Source: Podarcis tiliguerta
Taxonomy: Eukaryota
Assembly (NCBI GenBank): GCA_965153285.1
Contig: OZ229112.1
Reading direction: 5' to 3' (one strand)
DNA length: 64,000 nt
Made by a program: the position numbers and the translations under genes. Position 1 is the stretch's first letter; the number at the start of each line of letters is the position of its first letter. Below the pieces are notes generated by a model, which worked only from the letters and a program-made list of their open reading frames with translations, was not told the DNA's origin and made no database searches. Positions 62,067 to 64,000 of this stretch are shown here, one piece after another.

Positions 62067-64000
62067 TTCACTATGCTACGACTGCAACAACAGATGCATT
62101 GTTGTCAGACTGTTGTCAGACTTGGGCAGGTGTCTAGAGTCTGGGATCATCTAGACTTGCATTTTTCCCTGTGCCTGAAAAGCATGGGTCCAATTGGTTT
62201 TTATGCTTCTCCTGTGCTTTCTAGACACAGATCTAAGTAGTTTTGCCTTTGCCTTGTCACTTTCTCCAAGAAAAAAAAACACTTTAGTGCTGATATCAGT
62301 GCAAATGTCAATCTGGGGAAAACCCAATTGATCTTTGCTCCTATTCAGTGGTAAAGATTGGGTTTTCCCAGAGGAAAGTGGTGGGGCAAGCACAAGTCTG
62401 GATGAGCCCCACTAGATTTTTTTCCTATCAGCAAGAAAAATCCAGATGCTAAGAAAATATAGTACTTTTACCCAAAAACAGGGTGGGCCAGATTTGGCCC
62501 CTGGGTTTCTGTTTCTCTTGGTCAGCATGAGATTGTGTTTGAGTGGGAATATACCAGAGGGCTATACTGGCCAAGAAGTGAAGATACTGCCATTAGTTAC
62601 ATTGCTGCCTTATAAAATCCAATGATTTGTCCCTGATCCACACAGAAAGTTAGTAGGGTCCTGTTGCACAGAAGACAACAGTAGCTTCCACAGCTAGGAG
62701 CAAAAGACACAGAGTTCCTCCACATAATAACACAGCCAGAATAACTGCAGCAGTCGGAGTCATGTCATACCCCTTCACTGGCCTACCTAGGAGAGAATGG
62801 CATGCACACAGGTGGACTGTCCAGCTATACACAAGAGCAAGTGGAATTATTTTCCATTTTTCCAAGTATTTACATTGCTGCCCTGAATGCCACAGATACC
62901 ACAACTCACATAACTTCTCTATCCAAAGACACCAGTGCCAAGGTCCCCACGAGCCCACAGATATGACCAAACCAACTTCAGTGTAACTTGCTTGTCTTCA
63001 TAAACCTCTTAGGTGGTAAGCAGAACTTACTATGTATCTGGTGCAAAAATGATTGCCAGAATTTGTGGTCAAATACATTGCCCAGCTGAGCTCTGTGGAA
63101 AAGTTGCAAAGCTTGCAGAATCTTGCACACTGCCAGTTGCTTATTTGGACTCCAAGCTCCCCTGTTCCCCACTCCAGTATATAAAACTAGAGTTTATACA
63201 TAGTAGGGATACAAAAGAGCTCACATCATTTGTTCAGCCTATGTACTTCAAGAGTTTCCTGTGTTACTCAGGTTTTGATTTCAATTAAGCCAAGGAATCA
63301 ACTGCTCATTTGTATCCAAGAGAAAAGGAGATAGGTTTATGCTGAACACCGTAAATTGTCTTGCCAACATATAGATTAGCCACTGCCATCACTTCATCAA
63401 TGTTTTGCACTAATGAAAATATAAGAATATCACCTTGCTGCAAATAATAAGCTGACTATTAGGATCATGAACTATTGATTAATGAAAACCTAAGTTGATT
63501 CTGAGATCAAATGGTCCTCAGTTCTTTTATAGTTCAGAATTTGTGCAGGGTTTTGAAAAGAGGAAGACCACCACCCTTGACAGGGAGCCTGATAAGAGAT
63601 AAAATGAAAATACAGATTGAAGACCAAGACAGGATATACTACATAGTGAAGAAGAAGAGTTTCCCATGTTTCTGCAGTTTGTTTCTCCCCAAAGCACATG
63701 GTGTAAGGCAGTGTGAGACAGAACCTTGCAACCTCCGTGTAGCGAAGCATTTTAGCCACTTAGTCTCTCTACAATCTCCAGATTAAGACCTCCCAGGATT
63801 TAAAAAAGGGAGAAGTTACATTTCAAGTTTCAATATGAAATTGGGGGCGGGGGGGGGGTAGATATGACGTGGAAGCCGCATGGTCAATGTGTGAAACATA
63901 ATTCATTTTTCAAGCTGTCATATTTCATATTATCCTTGCATGATTACACTTAAGCTCCCTAGCTAATTCACTCTGGAGGGAAATGCTCTGCAAGTGAAAC

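Noticed and set aside
62650-62986. 106-aa minus ORF with a hydrophobic C-terminus
   Set aside because: No family similarity or exon boundaries recognised; likely chance.
63511-63786. 91-aa ORF containing an acceptor-like TTCTTTTATAG
   Set aside because: Unrecognisable peptide and ambiguous donor; insufficient without RNA data.

Overview
This is AT-rich vertebrate genomic DNA with no bacterial features. The repeat content (CR1, L2 and Bov-B LINEs, tRNA-derived SINEs with CR1-like tails, CORE/MIR-like SINEs, abundant Tc1/mariner, hAT and Harbinger-like MITEs) points to a squamate reptile, most consistent with a lacertid lizard (inference). I could not identify any confident host protein-coding exon; the ORFs I could assign are LINE remnants and the rest look like chance ORFs. 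The window looks like a large intron or gene desert, with transposon debris interspersed with repeat-free blocks rich in homeobox, SOX and TCF motifs that may be conserved enhancers. The best-supported structures are: a 491-bp solo LTR with 5-bp TSDs; a 108-bp 5'-truncated Bov-B copy with 11-bp TSDs; several intact MITEs with TSDs; an in-frame L2::CR1 reverse-transcriptase chimera next to a 36-bp tandem duplication; a MITE nested in a related MITE; and a perfect 19-bp-arm hairpin abutting a hAT MITE. One unlisted 128-codon open frame (35081-35467) could be a cryptic exon or an RTE remnant. I found no convincing novel multi-gene system. Family names were assigned by motif recognition only, not by database search.
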